This document shows, piece by piece, positions 26,516-39,767 of a DNA stretch of 64,000 bases. The position numbers and the translations under genes are program-made. Below the pieces are notes generated by a model. The model ran no database searches. It had not been told where the DNA came from and saw nothing but the letters and a program-made list of their open reading frames with translations. Origin of the DNA: the human T2T-CHM13v2.0 reference genome, Homo sapiens; the NCBI RefSeq assembly GCF_009914755.1, contig NC_060943.1. One strand, written 5' to 3'. Position 1 is the first letter of the stretch. Each line of letters begins with the position of its first letter.

Positions 26516-29500
26516 ATGATTCTCAGAAACTCCTTTGTGATGTGTGCGTTCAACTCACAGAGTTTAACCTTTCTTTTCATAGCGCAGTTGGGAAACACTC
26601 TGTTTGTAAAGTCTGCAAGTGGATATTCTGACATCCTTGAGGCTTTCGTTGGAAACGGGATTTCTTCATATTCTGCTAGAAAGAAGAATTCTCAGTAACT
26701 TCCTTGTGTTGTGTGTATTCAACTCACAGAGTTGAACGATCCTTTACACAGAGCAGACTTGAAACACTCTTTTTGTGGAATTTGCGAGTGGAGATTTCAG
26801 CCGCTTTGAGGTCAATGTTAGAATAGGAAATATCTTCCTATAGAAACTAGACAGAATGATTCTCAGAACCTCCTTTGTGATGTGTGCGTTCAACTCACAG
26901 AGTTTAACCTTTCTTTTCATAGAGCAGTTAGGAAACACTCTGTTTGTAAAGTCTGCAAGTGGATATTCAGACATCCTTGAGGCTTTCGTTGGAAACGGGA
27001 TTTCTTCATATTCTGCTAGAAAGAAGAATTCTCAGTAACTTCCTTGTGTTGTGTGTATTCAACTCACAGAGTTGAACGATCCTTTACACAGAGCAGACTT
27101 GAAACACTCTTTTTGTGGAATTTGCAAGTGGAGATTTCAGCCGCTTTGAGTTCAATGGTAGAATAGGAAATATCTTCCTATAGAAACTAGACAGAATGAT
27201 TCTCAGAAACTCCTTTGTGATGTGTGCGTTCAACTCACAGAGTTTAACCTTTCTTTTCATAGAGCAGTTGGGAAACACTCTGTTTGTAAAGTCTGCAAGT
27301 GGATATTCAGACCTCCTTGAGGCTTTCGTTGGAAACGGGATTTCTTCATATTCTGCTAGAAAGAAGAATTCTCAGTAACTTCCTTGTGTTGTGTGTATTC
27401 AACTCACAGAGTTGAACGATCCTTTACACAGAGCAGACTTGAAACACTCTTTTTGTGGAATTTGCAAGTGGAGATTTCAGCCGCTTTGAGGTCAATGGTA
27501 GAATAGGAAATATCTTCCTATAGAAACTAGACAGAATGATTCTGAGAAACTCCTTTGTGATGTGTGCGTTCAACTCACACAGTTTAACCTTTCTTTTCAT
27601 AGAGCAGTTAGGAAACACTCTGTTTGTAAAGTCTGCAAGTGGATATTCAGACCTCCTTGAGGCCTTCGTTGGAAACGGGATTTCTTCATATTATGCTAGA
27701 CAGAAGAATTCTCAGTAACTTCCTTGGGTTGTGTGTATTCAACTCACAGAGTTGAACGATCCTTTACACAGAGCAGACTTGAAACACTCTTTTTGTGGAA
27801 TTTGCAAGTGGAGATTTCAGCCGCTTTGAGGTCAATGGTAGAATAGGAAATATCTTCCTATAGAAACTAGACAGAATGATTCTCAGAAACTCCTTTGTGA
27901 TGTGTGCGTTCAACTCACAGAGTTCAACCTTTCTTTCATAGAGCAGTTGGGAAACACTCTGTTTGTAAAGTCTGCAAGTGGATATTCAGACTTCTTTGAG
28001 GCCTTCGTTGGAAGCGGGATTTCTTCATGTTCTGCTAGACAGAAGAATTCTCAGAAACTTCCTTGTGTTGTGTGTTTTCAACTCACAGAGTTGAACGATC
28101 CTTTACACAGAGCAGACTTGAAACACTCTTTTTGTGGAATTTGCAAGTGGAGATTTCAGCCGCTTTGAGGTCAATGGTAGAATAGGAAATATCTTCCTAT
28201 AGAAACTAGACAGAATGATTCTCAGAAACTCCTTTGTGATGTGTGCGTTCAACTCACAGAGTTTAACCTTTCTTTTCATAGAGCAGTTAGGAAACACTCT
28301 GTTTGTAAAGTCTGCAAGTAGATATTCAGACATCTTTGAGGCCTTCGTTGGAAACGGGATTTCTTCATGTTCTGCTAGACAGAAGAATTCTCAGAAACTT
28401 CCTTGTGTTGTGTGTTTTCAACTCACAGAGTTGAACGATGCTTTACACAGAGTAGACTTGAAACACTCTTTTTGTGTAATTTGCAAGTGGAGATTTCAGC
28501 CGCTTTGAGGTCAATGGTAGAAAAGGAAATATCTTCGTATAAAAACTAGACAGAATGATTCTCAGAAACTCCTTTGTGATGTGTGCGTTCAACTCACAGA
28601 GTTTAACCTTTCTTTTCATAGAGCAGTTAGGAAACACTCTGTTTGTAAAGTCTGCAAGTGGATATTCAGACATCCTTGAGGCTTTCGTTGGAAACGGGAT
28701 TTCTTCATGTTCTGCTAGACAGAAGAATTCTCAGTAACTTCCTTGTGTTGTGTGTATTCAACTCACAGAGTTGAACGATCCTTTACACAGAGCAGACTTG
28801 AAACACTCTTTTTGTGGAATTTGCAAGTGGAGATTTCAGCCGCTTTGAGTTCAATGGTAGAATAGGAAATATCTTCCTGTAGAAACTAGACAGAATGATT
28901 CTCAGAAACTCCTTTGTGATGTGTGCGATCAACTCACAGAGTTCAACCTTTCTTTTCATAGCGCAGTTCGGAAACACTCTGTTTGTAAAGTCTGCAAGTG
29001 GATATTCTGACATCCTTGAGGCTTTCGTTGGAAACGGGATTTCTTCATATTCTGCTAGAAAGAAGAATTCTCAGTAACTTCCTTGTGTTGTGTGTATTCA
29101 ACTCACAGAGTTGAACGATCCTTTACACAGAGCAGACTTGAAACACTCTTTTTGTGGAATTTGCAAGTGGAGATTTCAGCCGCTTTGAGGTCAATGTTAG
29201 AATAGGAAATATCTTCCTATAGAAACTAGACAGAATGATTCTCAGAACCTCCTTTGTGATGTGTGCGTTCAACTCACAGAGTTTAACCTTTCTTTTCATA
29301 GAGCAGTTAGGAAACACTCTGTTTGTAAAGTCTGCAAGTGGATATTCAGACATCCTTGAGGCTTTCGTTGGAAACGGGATTTCTTCATATTCTGCTAGAA
29401 AGAAGAATTCTCAGTAACTTCCTTGTGTTGTGTGTATTCAACTCACAGAGTTGAACGATCCTTTACACAGAGCAGACTTGAAACACTCTTTTTGTGGAAT

Positions 29501-32500
29501 TTGCAAGTGGAGATTTCAGCCGCTTTGAGTTCAATGGTAGAATAGGAAATATCTTCCTATAGAAACTAGACAGAATGATTCTCAGAAACTCCTTTGTGAT
29601 GTGTGCGTTCAACTCACAGAGTTTAACCTTTCTTTTCATAGAGCAGTTAGGAAACACTCTGTTTGTAAAGTCTGCAAGTGGATATTCAGACCTCCTTGAG
29701 GCTTTCGTTGGAAACGGGATTTCTTCATATTCTGCTAGAAAGAAGAATTCTCAGTAACTTCCTTGTGTCGTGTGTATTCAACTCACAGAGTTGAACGATC
29801 CTTTACACAGAGCAGACTTGAAACCCTCTTTTTGTGGAATTTGCAAGTGGAGATTTCAGCCGCTTTGAGGTCAATGGTAGAATAGGAAATATCTTCCTAT
29901 AGAAACTAGACAGAATGATTCTCAGAAACTCCTTTGTGATGTGTGCGTTCAACTCACAGAGTTCAACCTTTCTTTTCATAGAGCAGTTGGGAAACACTCT
30001 GTTTGTAAAGTCTGCAAGTGGATATTCAGACTTCTTTGAGGCCTTCGTTGGAAGCGGGATTTCTTCATGTTCTGCTAGACAGAAGAATTCTCAGAAACTT
30101 CCTTGTGTTGTGTGTTTTCAACTCACAGAGTTGAACGATCCTTTACACAGAGCAGACTTGAAACACTCTTTTTGTGGAATTTGCAAGTGGAGATTTCAGC
30201 CGCTTTGAGGTCAATGGTAGAATAGGAAATATCTTCCTATAGAAACTAGACAGAATGATTCTCAGAAACTCCTTTGTGATGTGTGCGTTCAACTCACAGA
30301 GTTTAACCTTTCTTTTCATAGAGCAGTTAGGAAACACTCTGTTTGTAAAGTCTGCAAGTAGATATTCAGACATCTTTGAGGCCTTCGTTGGAAACGGGAT
30401 TTCTTCATGTTCTGCTAGACAGAAGAATTCTCAGAAACTTCCTTGTGTTGTGTGTTTTCAACTCACAGAGTTGAACGATGCTTTACACAGAGTAGACTTG
30501 AAACACTCTTTTTGTGTAATTTGCAAGTGGAGATTTCAGCCGCTTTGAGGTCAATGGTAGAAAAGGAAATATCTTCGTATAAAAACTAGACAGAATGATT
30601 CTCAGAAACTCCTTTGTGATGTGTGCGTTCAACTCACAGAGTTTAACCTTTCTTTTCATAGAGCAGTTAGGAAACACTCTGTTTGTAAAGTCTGCAAGTG
30701 GATATTCAGACATCCTTGAGGCTTTCGTTGGAAACGGAATTTCTTCATGTTCTGCTAGACAGAAGAATTCTCAGTAACTTCCTTGTGTTGTGTGTATTCA
30801 ACTCACAGAGTTGAACGATCCTTTACACAGAGCAGACTTGAAACACTCTTTTTGTGGAATTTGCAAGTGGAGATTTCAGCCGCTTTGAGGTCAATGGTAG
30901 AATAGGAAATATCTTCCTATAGAAACTAGACAGAATGATTCTCAGAAACTCCTTTGTGATGTGTGCGTTCAACTCACAGAGTTTAACCTTTCTTTTCATA
31001 GCGCAGTTGGGAAACACTCTGTTTGTAAAGTCTGCAAGTGGATATTCTGACATCCTTGAGGCTTTCGTTGGAAACGGGATTTCTTCATATTCTGCTAGAA
31101 AGAAGAATTCTCAGTAACTTCCTTGTGTTGTGTGTATTCAACTCACAGAGTTGAACGATCCTTTACACAGAGCAGACTTGAAACACTCTTTTTGTGGAAT
31201 TTGCGAGTGGAGATTTCAGCCGCTTTGAGGTCAATGTTAGAATAGGAAATATCTTCCTATAGAAACTAGACAGAATGATTCTCAGAACCTCCTTTGTGAT
31301 GTGTGCGTTCAACTCACAGAGTTTAACCTTTCTTTTCATAGAGCAGTTAGGAAACACTCTGTTTGTAAAGTCTGCAAGTGGATATTCAGACATCCTTGAG
31401 GCTTTCGTTGGAAACGGGATTTCTTCATATTCTGCTAGAAAGAAGAATTCTCAGTAACTTCCTTGTGTTGTGTGTATTCAACTCACAGAGTTGAACGATC
31501 CTTTACACAGAGCAGACTTGAAACACTCTTTTTGTGGAATTTGCAAGTGGAGATTTCAGCCGCTTTGAGTTCAATGGTAGAATAGGAAATATCTTCCTAT
31601 AGAAACTAGACAGAATGATTCTCAGAAACTCCTTTGTGATGTGTGCGTTCAACTCACAGAGTTTAACCTTTCTTTTCATAGAGCAGTTGGGAAACACTCT
31701 GTTTGTAAAGTCTGCAAGTGGATATTCAGACCTCCTTGAGGCTTTCGTTGGAAACGGGATTTCTTCATATTCTGCTAGAAAGAAGAATTCTCAGTAACTT
31801 CCTTGTGTTGTGTGTATTCAACTCACAGAGTTGAACGATCCTTTACACAGAGCAGACTTGAAACACTCTTTTTGTGGAATTTGCAAGTGGAGATTTCAGC
31901 CGCTTTGAGGTCAATGGTAGAATAGGAAATATCTTCCTATAGAAACTAGACAGAATGATTCTGAGAAACTCCTTTGTGATGTGTGCGTTCAACTCACACA
32001 GTTTAACCTTTCTTTTCATAGAGCAGTTAGGAAACACTCTGTTTGTAAAGTCTGCAAGTGGATATTCAGACCTCCTTGAGGCCTTCGTTGGAAACGGGAT
32101 TTCTTCATATTATGCTAGACAGAAGAATTCTCAGTAACTTCCTTGGGTTGTGTGTATTCAACTCACAGAGTTGAACGATCCTTTACACAGAGCAGACTTG
32201 AAACACTCTTTTTGTGGAATTTGCAAGTGGAGATTTCAGCCGCTTTGAGGTCAATGGTAGAATAGGAAATATCTTCCTATAGAAACTAGACAGAATGATT
32301 CTCAGAAACTCCTTTGTGATGTGTGCGTTCAACTCACAGAGTTCAACCTTTCTTTCATAGAGCAGTTGGGAAACACTCTGTTTGTAAAGTCTGCAAGTGG
32401 ATATTCAGACTTCTTTGAGGCCTTCGTTGGAAGCGGGATTTCTTCATGTTCTGCTAGACAGAAGAATTCTCAGAAACTTCCTTGTGTTGTGTGTTTTCAA

Positions 32501-35353
32501 CTCACAGAGTTGAACGATCCTTTACACAGAGCAGACTTGAAACACTCTTTTTGTGGAATTTGCAAGTGGAGATTTCAGCCGCTTTGAGGTCAATGGTAGA
32601 ATAGGAAATATCTTCCTATAGAAACTAGACAGAATGATTCTCAGAAACTCCTTTGTGATGTGTGCGTTCAACTCACAGAGTTTAACCTTTCTTTTCATAG
32701 AGCAGTTAGGAAACACTCTGTTTGTAAAGTCTGCAAGTAGATATTCAGACATCTTTGAGGCCTTCGTTGGAAACGGGATTTCTTCATGTTCTGCTAGACA
32801 GAAGAATTCTCAGAAACTTCCTTGTGTTGTGTGTTTTCAACTCACAGAGTTGAACGATGCTTTACACAGAGTAGACTTGAAACACTCTTTTTGTGTAATT
32901 TGCAAGTGGAGATTTCAGCCGCTTTGAGGTCAATGGTAGAAAAGGAAATATCTTCGTATAAAAACTAGACAGAATGATTCTCAGAAACTCCTTTGTGATG
33001 TGTGCGTTCAACTCACAGAGTTTAACCTTTCTTTTCATAGAGCAGTTAGGAAACACTCTGTTTGTAAAGTCTGCAAGTGGATATTCAGACATCCTTGAGG
33101 CTTTCGTTGGAAACGGGATTTCTTCATGTTCTGCTAGACAGAAGAATTCTCAGTAACTTCCTTGTGTTGTGTGTATTCAACTCACAGAGTTGAACGATCC
33201 TTTACACAGAGCAGACTTGAAACACTCTTTTTGTGGAATTTGCAAGTGGAGATTTCAGCCGCTTTGAGTTCAATGGTAGAATAGGAAATATCTTCCTGTA
33301 GAAACTAGACAGAATGATTCTCAGAAACTCCTTTGTGATGTGTGCGATCAACTCACAGAGTTCAACCTTTCTTTTCATAGCGCAGTTCGGAAACACTCTG
33401 TTTGTAAAGTCTGCAAGTGGATATTCTGACATCCTTGAGGCTTTCGTTGGAAACGGGATTTCTTCATATTCTGCTAGAAAGAAGAATTCTCAGTAACTTC
33501 CTTGTGTTGTGTGTATTCAACTCACAGAGTTGAACGATCCTTTACACAGAGCAGACTTGAAACACTCTTTTTGTGGAATTTGCAAGTGGAGATTTCAGCC
33601 GCTTTGAGGTCAATGTTAGAATAGGAAATATCTTCCTATAGAAACTAGACAGAATGATTCTCAGAACCTCCTTTGTGATGTGTGCGTTCAACTCACAGAG
33701 TTTAACCTTTCTTTTCATAGAGCAGTTAGGAAACACTCTGTTTGTAAAGTCTGCAAGTGGATATTCAGACATCCTTGAGGCTTTCGTTGGAAACGGGATT
33801 TCTTCATATTCTGCTAGAAAGAAGAATTCTCAGTAACTTCCTTGTGTTGTGTGTATTCAACTCACAGAGTTGAACGATCCTTTACACAGAGCAGACTTGA
33901 AACACTCTTTTTGTGGAATTTGCAAGTGGAGATTTCAGCCGCTTTGAGTTCAATGGTAGAATAGGAAATATCTTCCTATAGAAACTAGACAGAATGATTC
34001 TCAGAAACTCCTTTGTGATGTGTGCGTTCAACTCACAGAGTTTAACCTTTCTTTTCATAGAGCAGTTAGGAAACACTCTGTTTGTAAAGTCTGCAAGTGG
34101 ATATTCAGACCTCCTTGAGGCTTTCGTTGGAAACGGGATTTCTTCATATTCTGCTAGAAAGAAGAATTCTCAGTAACTTCCTTGTGTCGTGTGTATTCAA
34201 CTCACAGAGTTGAACGATCCTTTACACAGAGCAGACTTGAAACCCTCTTTTTGTGGAATTTGCAAGTGGAGATTTCAGCCGCTTTGAGGTCAATGGTAGA
34301 ATAGGAAATATCTTCCTATAGAAACTAGACAGAATGATTCTCAGAAACTCCTTTGTGATGTGTGCGTTCAACTCACAGAGTTCAACCTTTCTTTTCATAG
34401 AGCAGTTGGGAAACACTCTGTTTGTAAAGTCTGCAAGTGGATATTCAGACTTCTTTGAGGCCTTCGTTGGAAGCGGGATTTCTTCATGTTCTGCTAGACA
34501 GAAGAATTCTCAGAAACTTCCTTGTGTTGTGTGTTTTCAACTCACAGAGTTGAACGATCCTTTACACAGAGCAGACTTGAAACACTCTTTTTGTGGAATT
34601 TGCAAGTGGAGATTTCAGCCGCTTTGAGGTCAATGGTAGAATAGGAAATATCTTCCTATAGAAACTAGACAGAATGATTCTCAGAAACTCCTTTGTGATG
34701 TGTGCGTTCAACTCACAGAGTTTAACCTTTCTTTTCATAGAGCAGTTAGGAAACACTCTGTTTGTAAAGTCTGCAAGTAGATATTCAGACATCTTTGAGG
34801 CCTTCGTTGGAAACGGGATTTCTTCATGTTCTGCTAGACAGAAGAATTCTCAGAAACTTCCTTGTGTTGTGTGTTTTCAACTCACAGAGTTGAACGATGC
34901 TTTACACAGAGTAGACTTGAAACACTCTTTTTGTGTAATTTGCAAGTGGAGATTTCAGCCGCTTTGAGGTCAATGGTAGAAAAGGAAATATCTTCGTATA
35001 AAAACTAGACAGAATGATTCTCAGAAACTCCTTTGTGATGTGTGCGTTCAACTCACAGAGTTTAACCTTTCTTTTCATAGAGCAGTTAGGAAACACTCTG
35101 TTTGTAAAGTCTGCAAGTGGATATTCAGACATCCTTGAGGCTTTCGTTGGAAACGGAATTTCTTCATGTTCTGCTAGACAGAAGAATTCTCAGTAACTTC
35201 CTTGTGTTGTGTGTATTCAACTCACAGAGTTGAACGATCCTTTACACAGAGCAGACTTGAAACACTCTTTTTGTGGAATTTGCAAGTGGAGATTTCAGCC
35301 GCTTTGAGTTCAATGGTAGAATAGGAAATATCTTCCTGTAGAAACTAGACAGA
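26516..35353 (+). repeat. Near-perfect tandem duplication of a 13-dimer (4419 bp) block
   Basis: Paired variants 26786/31205, 27727/32146, 28928/33347, 29769/34188, 30738/35157, plus a shared 1 bp deletion near 27935/32354. Confidence 0.92.
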
Positions 35354-36369
35354 ATGATTCTCAGAAACTCCTTTGTGATGTGTGCGTTCAACTCACAGAG
35401 TTCAACCTTTCTTTTCATAGAGCAGTTGGGAAACACTCTGTTTGTAAAGTCTGCAAGTGGATATTCAGACTTCTTTGAGGCCTTCGTTGGAAGCGGGATT
35501 TCTTCATGTTCTGCTAGACAGAAGAATTCTCAGTAACTGCCTTGTGTTGTGTGTATTCAACTCACAGAGTTGAACGATCCTTTACACAGAGCAGACTTGA
35601 AACACTCCTTTTGTGGAATTTGCAAGTGGAGATTTCAGCCGCTTTGAGGTCAATGGTAGAATAGGAAATATCTTCCTATAGAAACTAGACAGAATGATTC
35701 TCAGAAACTCCTTTGTGATGTGTGCGATCAACTCACAGAGTTTAACCTTTCTTTTCATAGAGCAGTTAGGAAACACTCTGTAAAGTCTGCAAGTGGATAT
35801 TCAGACATCCTTGAGGCTTTCGTTGGAAACGGGATTTCTTCATATTCTGCTAGAAAGAAGAATTCTCAGTAACTTCCTTGTGTTGTGTGTATTCAACTCA
35901 CAGAGTTGAACGATCCTTTACACAGAGTAGACTTGAAACACTCTTTTTGTGGAATTTGCAAGTGGAGATTTCAGCCGCTTTGAGGTCAATGTTAGAATAG
36001 GAAATATCTTCCTATAGAAACTAGACACAATGATTCTCAGAACCTCCTTTGTGATGTGTGCGTTCAACTCACAGAGTTTAACCTTTCTTTTCATAGAGCA
36101 GTTAGGATACACTCTGTTTGTAAAGTCTGCAAGTGGATATTCAGACATCCTTGAGGCTTTCGTTGGAAACGGGATTTCTTCATATTCTGCTAGAAAGAAG
36201 AATTCTCAGTAACTTCCTTGTGTTGTGTGTATTCAACTCACAGAGTTGAACGATCCTTTACACAGAGCAGACTTGAAACACTCTTTTTGTGGAATTTGCA
36301 AGTGGAGATTTCAGCCGCTTTGAGGTCAATGGTAGAATAGGAAATATCTTCCTATAGAAACTAGACAGA

Positions 36370-39300
36370 ATGATTCTCAGAAACTCCTTTGTGATGTGTG
36401 CGTTCAACTCACAGAGTTTAACCTTTCTTTTCATAGAGCAGTTAGGAAACACTCTGTTTGTAAAGTCTGCAAGTGGATATTCAGACATCTTTGAGGCCTT
36501 CGTTGGAAACGGGATTTCTTCATGTTCTGCTAGACAGAAGAATTCTCAGAAACTTCCTTGTGTTGTGTGTTTTCAACTCACAGAGTTGAACGATGCTTTA
36601 CACAGAGTAGACTTGAAACACTCTTTTTGTGGAATTTGCAAGTGGAGATTTCAGCCGCTTTGAGGTCAATGGTAGAAAAGGAAATATCTTCGTATAAAAA
36701 CTAGACAGAATGATTCTCAGAAACTCCTTTGTGATGTGTGCGTTCAACTCACAGAGTTTAACCTTTCTTTTCATAGAGCAGTTAGGAAACACTCTGTTTG
36801 TAAAGTCTGCAAGTGGATATTCATACCTCCTTGAGGCCTTCGTTGGAAACGGGATTTCTTCATATTATGCTAGACAGAAGAATTCTCGGTAACTTCCTTG
36901 TGTTGTGTGTATTCAACTCACAGAGTTGAACGATCCTTTACACAGAGCAGACTTGAAACACTCTTTTTGTGGAATTTGCAAGTGGAGATTTCAGCCGCTT
37001 TGAGGTCAATGGTAGAATAGGAAATATCTTCATATAGAAACTAGACAGAATGATTCTCAGAAACTCCTTTGTGATGTGTGCGTTCAACTCACACAGTTTA
37101 ACCTTTCTTTTCATAGAGCAGTTAGGAAACACTCTGTTTGTAAAGTCTGCAAGTGGATATTCAGACCTCCTTGAGGCATTCGTTGGAAACGGGATTTCTT
37201 CATATTATGCTAGACAGAAGAATTCTCAGTAACTTCCTTGTGTTGTGTGTATTCAACTCACAGAGATGAACGATCCTTTACACAGAGCAGACTTGAAACA
37301 CTCTTTTTGTGGAATTTGCAAGTGGAGATTTCAGCCGCTTTGAGTTCAATGGTAGAATAGGAAGTATCTTCCTGTAGAAACTAGACAGAATGATTCTCAG
37401 AAACTCCTTTGTGATGTGTGCGTTCAACTCACAGAGTTCAACCTTTCTTTTCATAGAGCAGTTGGGAAACACTCTGTTTGTAAAGTCTGGAAGTGGATAT
37501 TCAGACTTCTTTGAGGCCTTCGTTGGAAGCGGGATTTCTTCATGTTCTGCTAGACAGAAGAATTCTCAGTAACTGCCTTGTGTTGTGTGTATTCAACTCA
37601 CAGAGTTGAACGATCCTTTACACAGAGCAGACTTGAAACACTCTTTGTGGAATTTGCAAGTGGAGATTTCAGCCGCTTTGAGGTCAATGGTAGAATAGGA
37701 AATATCTTCCTATAGAAACTAGACAGAATGATTCTGAGAAACTCCTTTGTGATGTGTGCGTTCAACTCACACAGTTTAACCTTTCTTTTCATAGAGCAGT
37801 TAGGAAACACTCTGTTTGTAAAGTCTGCAAGTGGATATTCAGACCTCCTTGAGGCCTTCGTTGGAAACGGGATTTCTTCATATTATGCTAGACAGAAGAA
37901 TTCTCAGTAACTTCCTTGTGTTGTGTGTATTCAACTCACAGAGTTGAACGACCCTTTACACAGAGCAGACTTGAAACACTCTTTTTGTGGAATTTGCAAG
38001 TGGAGATTTCAGCCGCTTTGAGGTCAATGGTAGAATAGGAAATATCTTCCTATAGAAACTAGACAGAATGATTCTCAGAAAGTCCTTTGTGATGTGTGCG
38101 TTCAACTCACAGAGTTTAACCTTTCTTTTCATAGAGCAGTTGGGAAACACTCTGTTTGTAAAGTCTGCAAGTGGATATTCAGACCTCCTTGAGGCTTTCG
38201 TTGGAAACGGGATTTCTTCATATTCTGCTAGAAAGAAGAATTCTCAGTAACTTCCTTGTGTTGTGTGTATTCAACTCACAGAGTTGAACGATCCTTTACA
38301 CAGAGCAGACTTGAAACACTCTTTTTGTGGAATTTGCAAGTGGAGATTTCAGCCGCTTTGAGGTCAATGGTAGAATAGGAAATATCTTCCTATAGAAACT
38401 AGACAGAATGATTCTCAGAAACTCCTTTGTGATGTGTACGTTCAACTCACAGAGTTTAACCTTTCTTTTCATAGAGCAGTTAGGAAACACTCTGTTTGTA
38501 AAGTCTGCAAGTGGATATTCAGACATCTTTGAGGCCTTCGTTGGAAACGGGATTTCTTCAAGTTCTGCTAGACAGAAGAATTCTCAGAAACTTCCTTGTG
38601 TTGTGTATTTTCAACTCACAGAGTTGAACGATGCTTTACACAGAGTAGACTTGAAACACTCTTTTTGTGTAATTTGCAAGTGGAGATTTCAGCCGCTTTG
38701 AGGTCAATGGTAGAAAAGGAAATATCTTCGTATAAAAACTAGACAGAATCATTCTCAGAAACTCCTTTGTGATGTGTGCGTTCAACTCACAGAGTTTAAC
38801 CTTTCTTTTCATAGAGCAGTTAGGAAACACTCTGTTTGTAAAGTCTGCAAGTGGATATTCAGACCTCCTTGAGGCCTTCGTTGGAAACGGGAGTTCTTCA
38901 TATTATGCTAGACAGAAGAATTCTCGGTAACTTCCTTGTGTTGTGTGTATTCAACTCACAGAGTTGAACGATCCTTTACACAGAGAAGACTTGAAACACT
39001 CTTTTTGTGGAATTTGCAAGTGGAGATTTCAGCCGCTTTGAGGTCAATGGTAGAATAGGAAATATCTTCATATAGAAACTAGACAGAATGATTCTCAGAA
39101 ACTCCTTTGTGATGTGTGCGTTCAACTCACACAGTTTAACCTTTCTTTTCATAGAGCAGTTAGGAAACACTCTGTTTGTAAAGTCTGCAAGTGGATATTC
39201 AGACCTCCTTGAGGCATTCGTTGGAAACGGGATTTCTTCATATTATGCTAGACAGAAGAATTCTCAGTAACTTCCTTGTGTTGTGTGTATTCAACTCACA

Positions 39301-39767
39301 GAGATGAACGATCCTTTACACAGAGCAGACTTGAAACACTCTTTTTGTGGAATTTGCAAGTGGAGATTTCAGCCGCTTTGAGTTCAATGGTAGAATAGGA
39401 AATATCTTCCTATAGAAACTAGACAGAATGATTCTCAGAAACTCCTTTGTGATGTGTGCGTTCAACTCACAGAGTTCAACCTTTCTTTTCATAGAGCAGT
39501 TGGGAAACACTCTGTTTGTAAAGTCTGCAAGTGGATATTCAGACTTCTTTGAGGCCTTCGTTGGAAGCGGGATTTCTTCATGTTCTGCTAGACAGAAGAA
39601 TTCTCAGTAACTGCCTTGTGTTGTGTGTATTCAACTCACAGAGTTGAACGATCCTTTACACAGAGCAGACTTGAAATACTCTTTTTGTGGAATTTGCAAG
39701 TGGAGATTTCAGCCGCTTTGAGTTCAATGGTAGAATAGGAAATATCTTCCTATAGAAACTAGACAGA
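36370..39767 (+). repeat. Repeat of about 4 dimers at a 6-dimer (2038 bp) offset
   Basis: Paired variants 36888/38926, 37032/39070, 37178/39216, 37266/39304. Confidence 0.8.
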
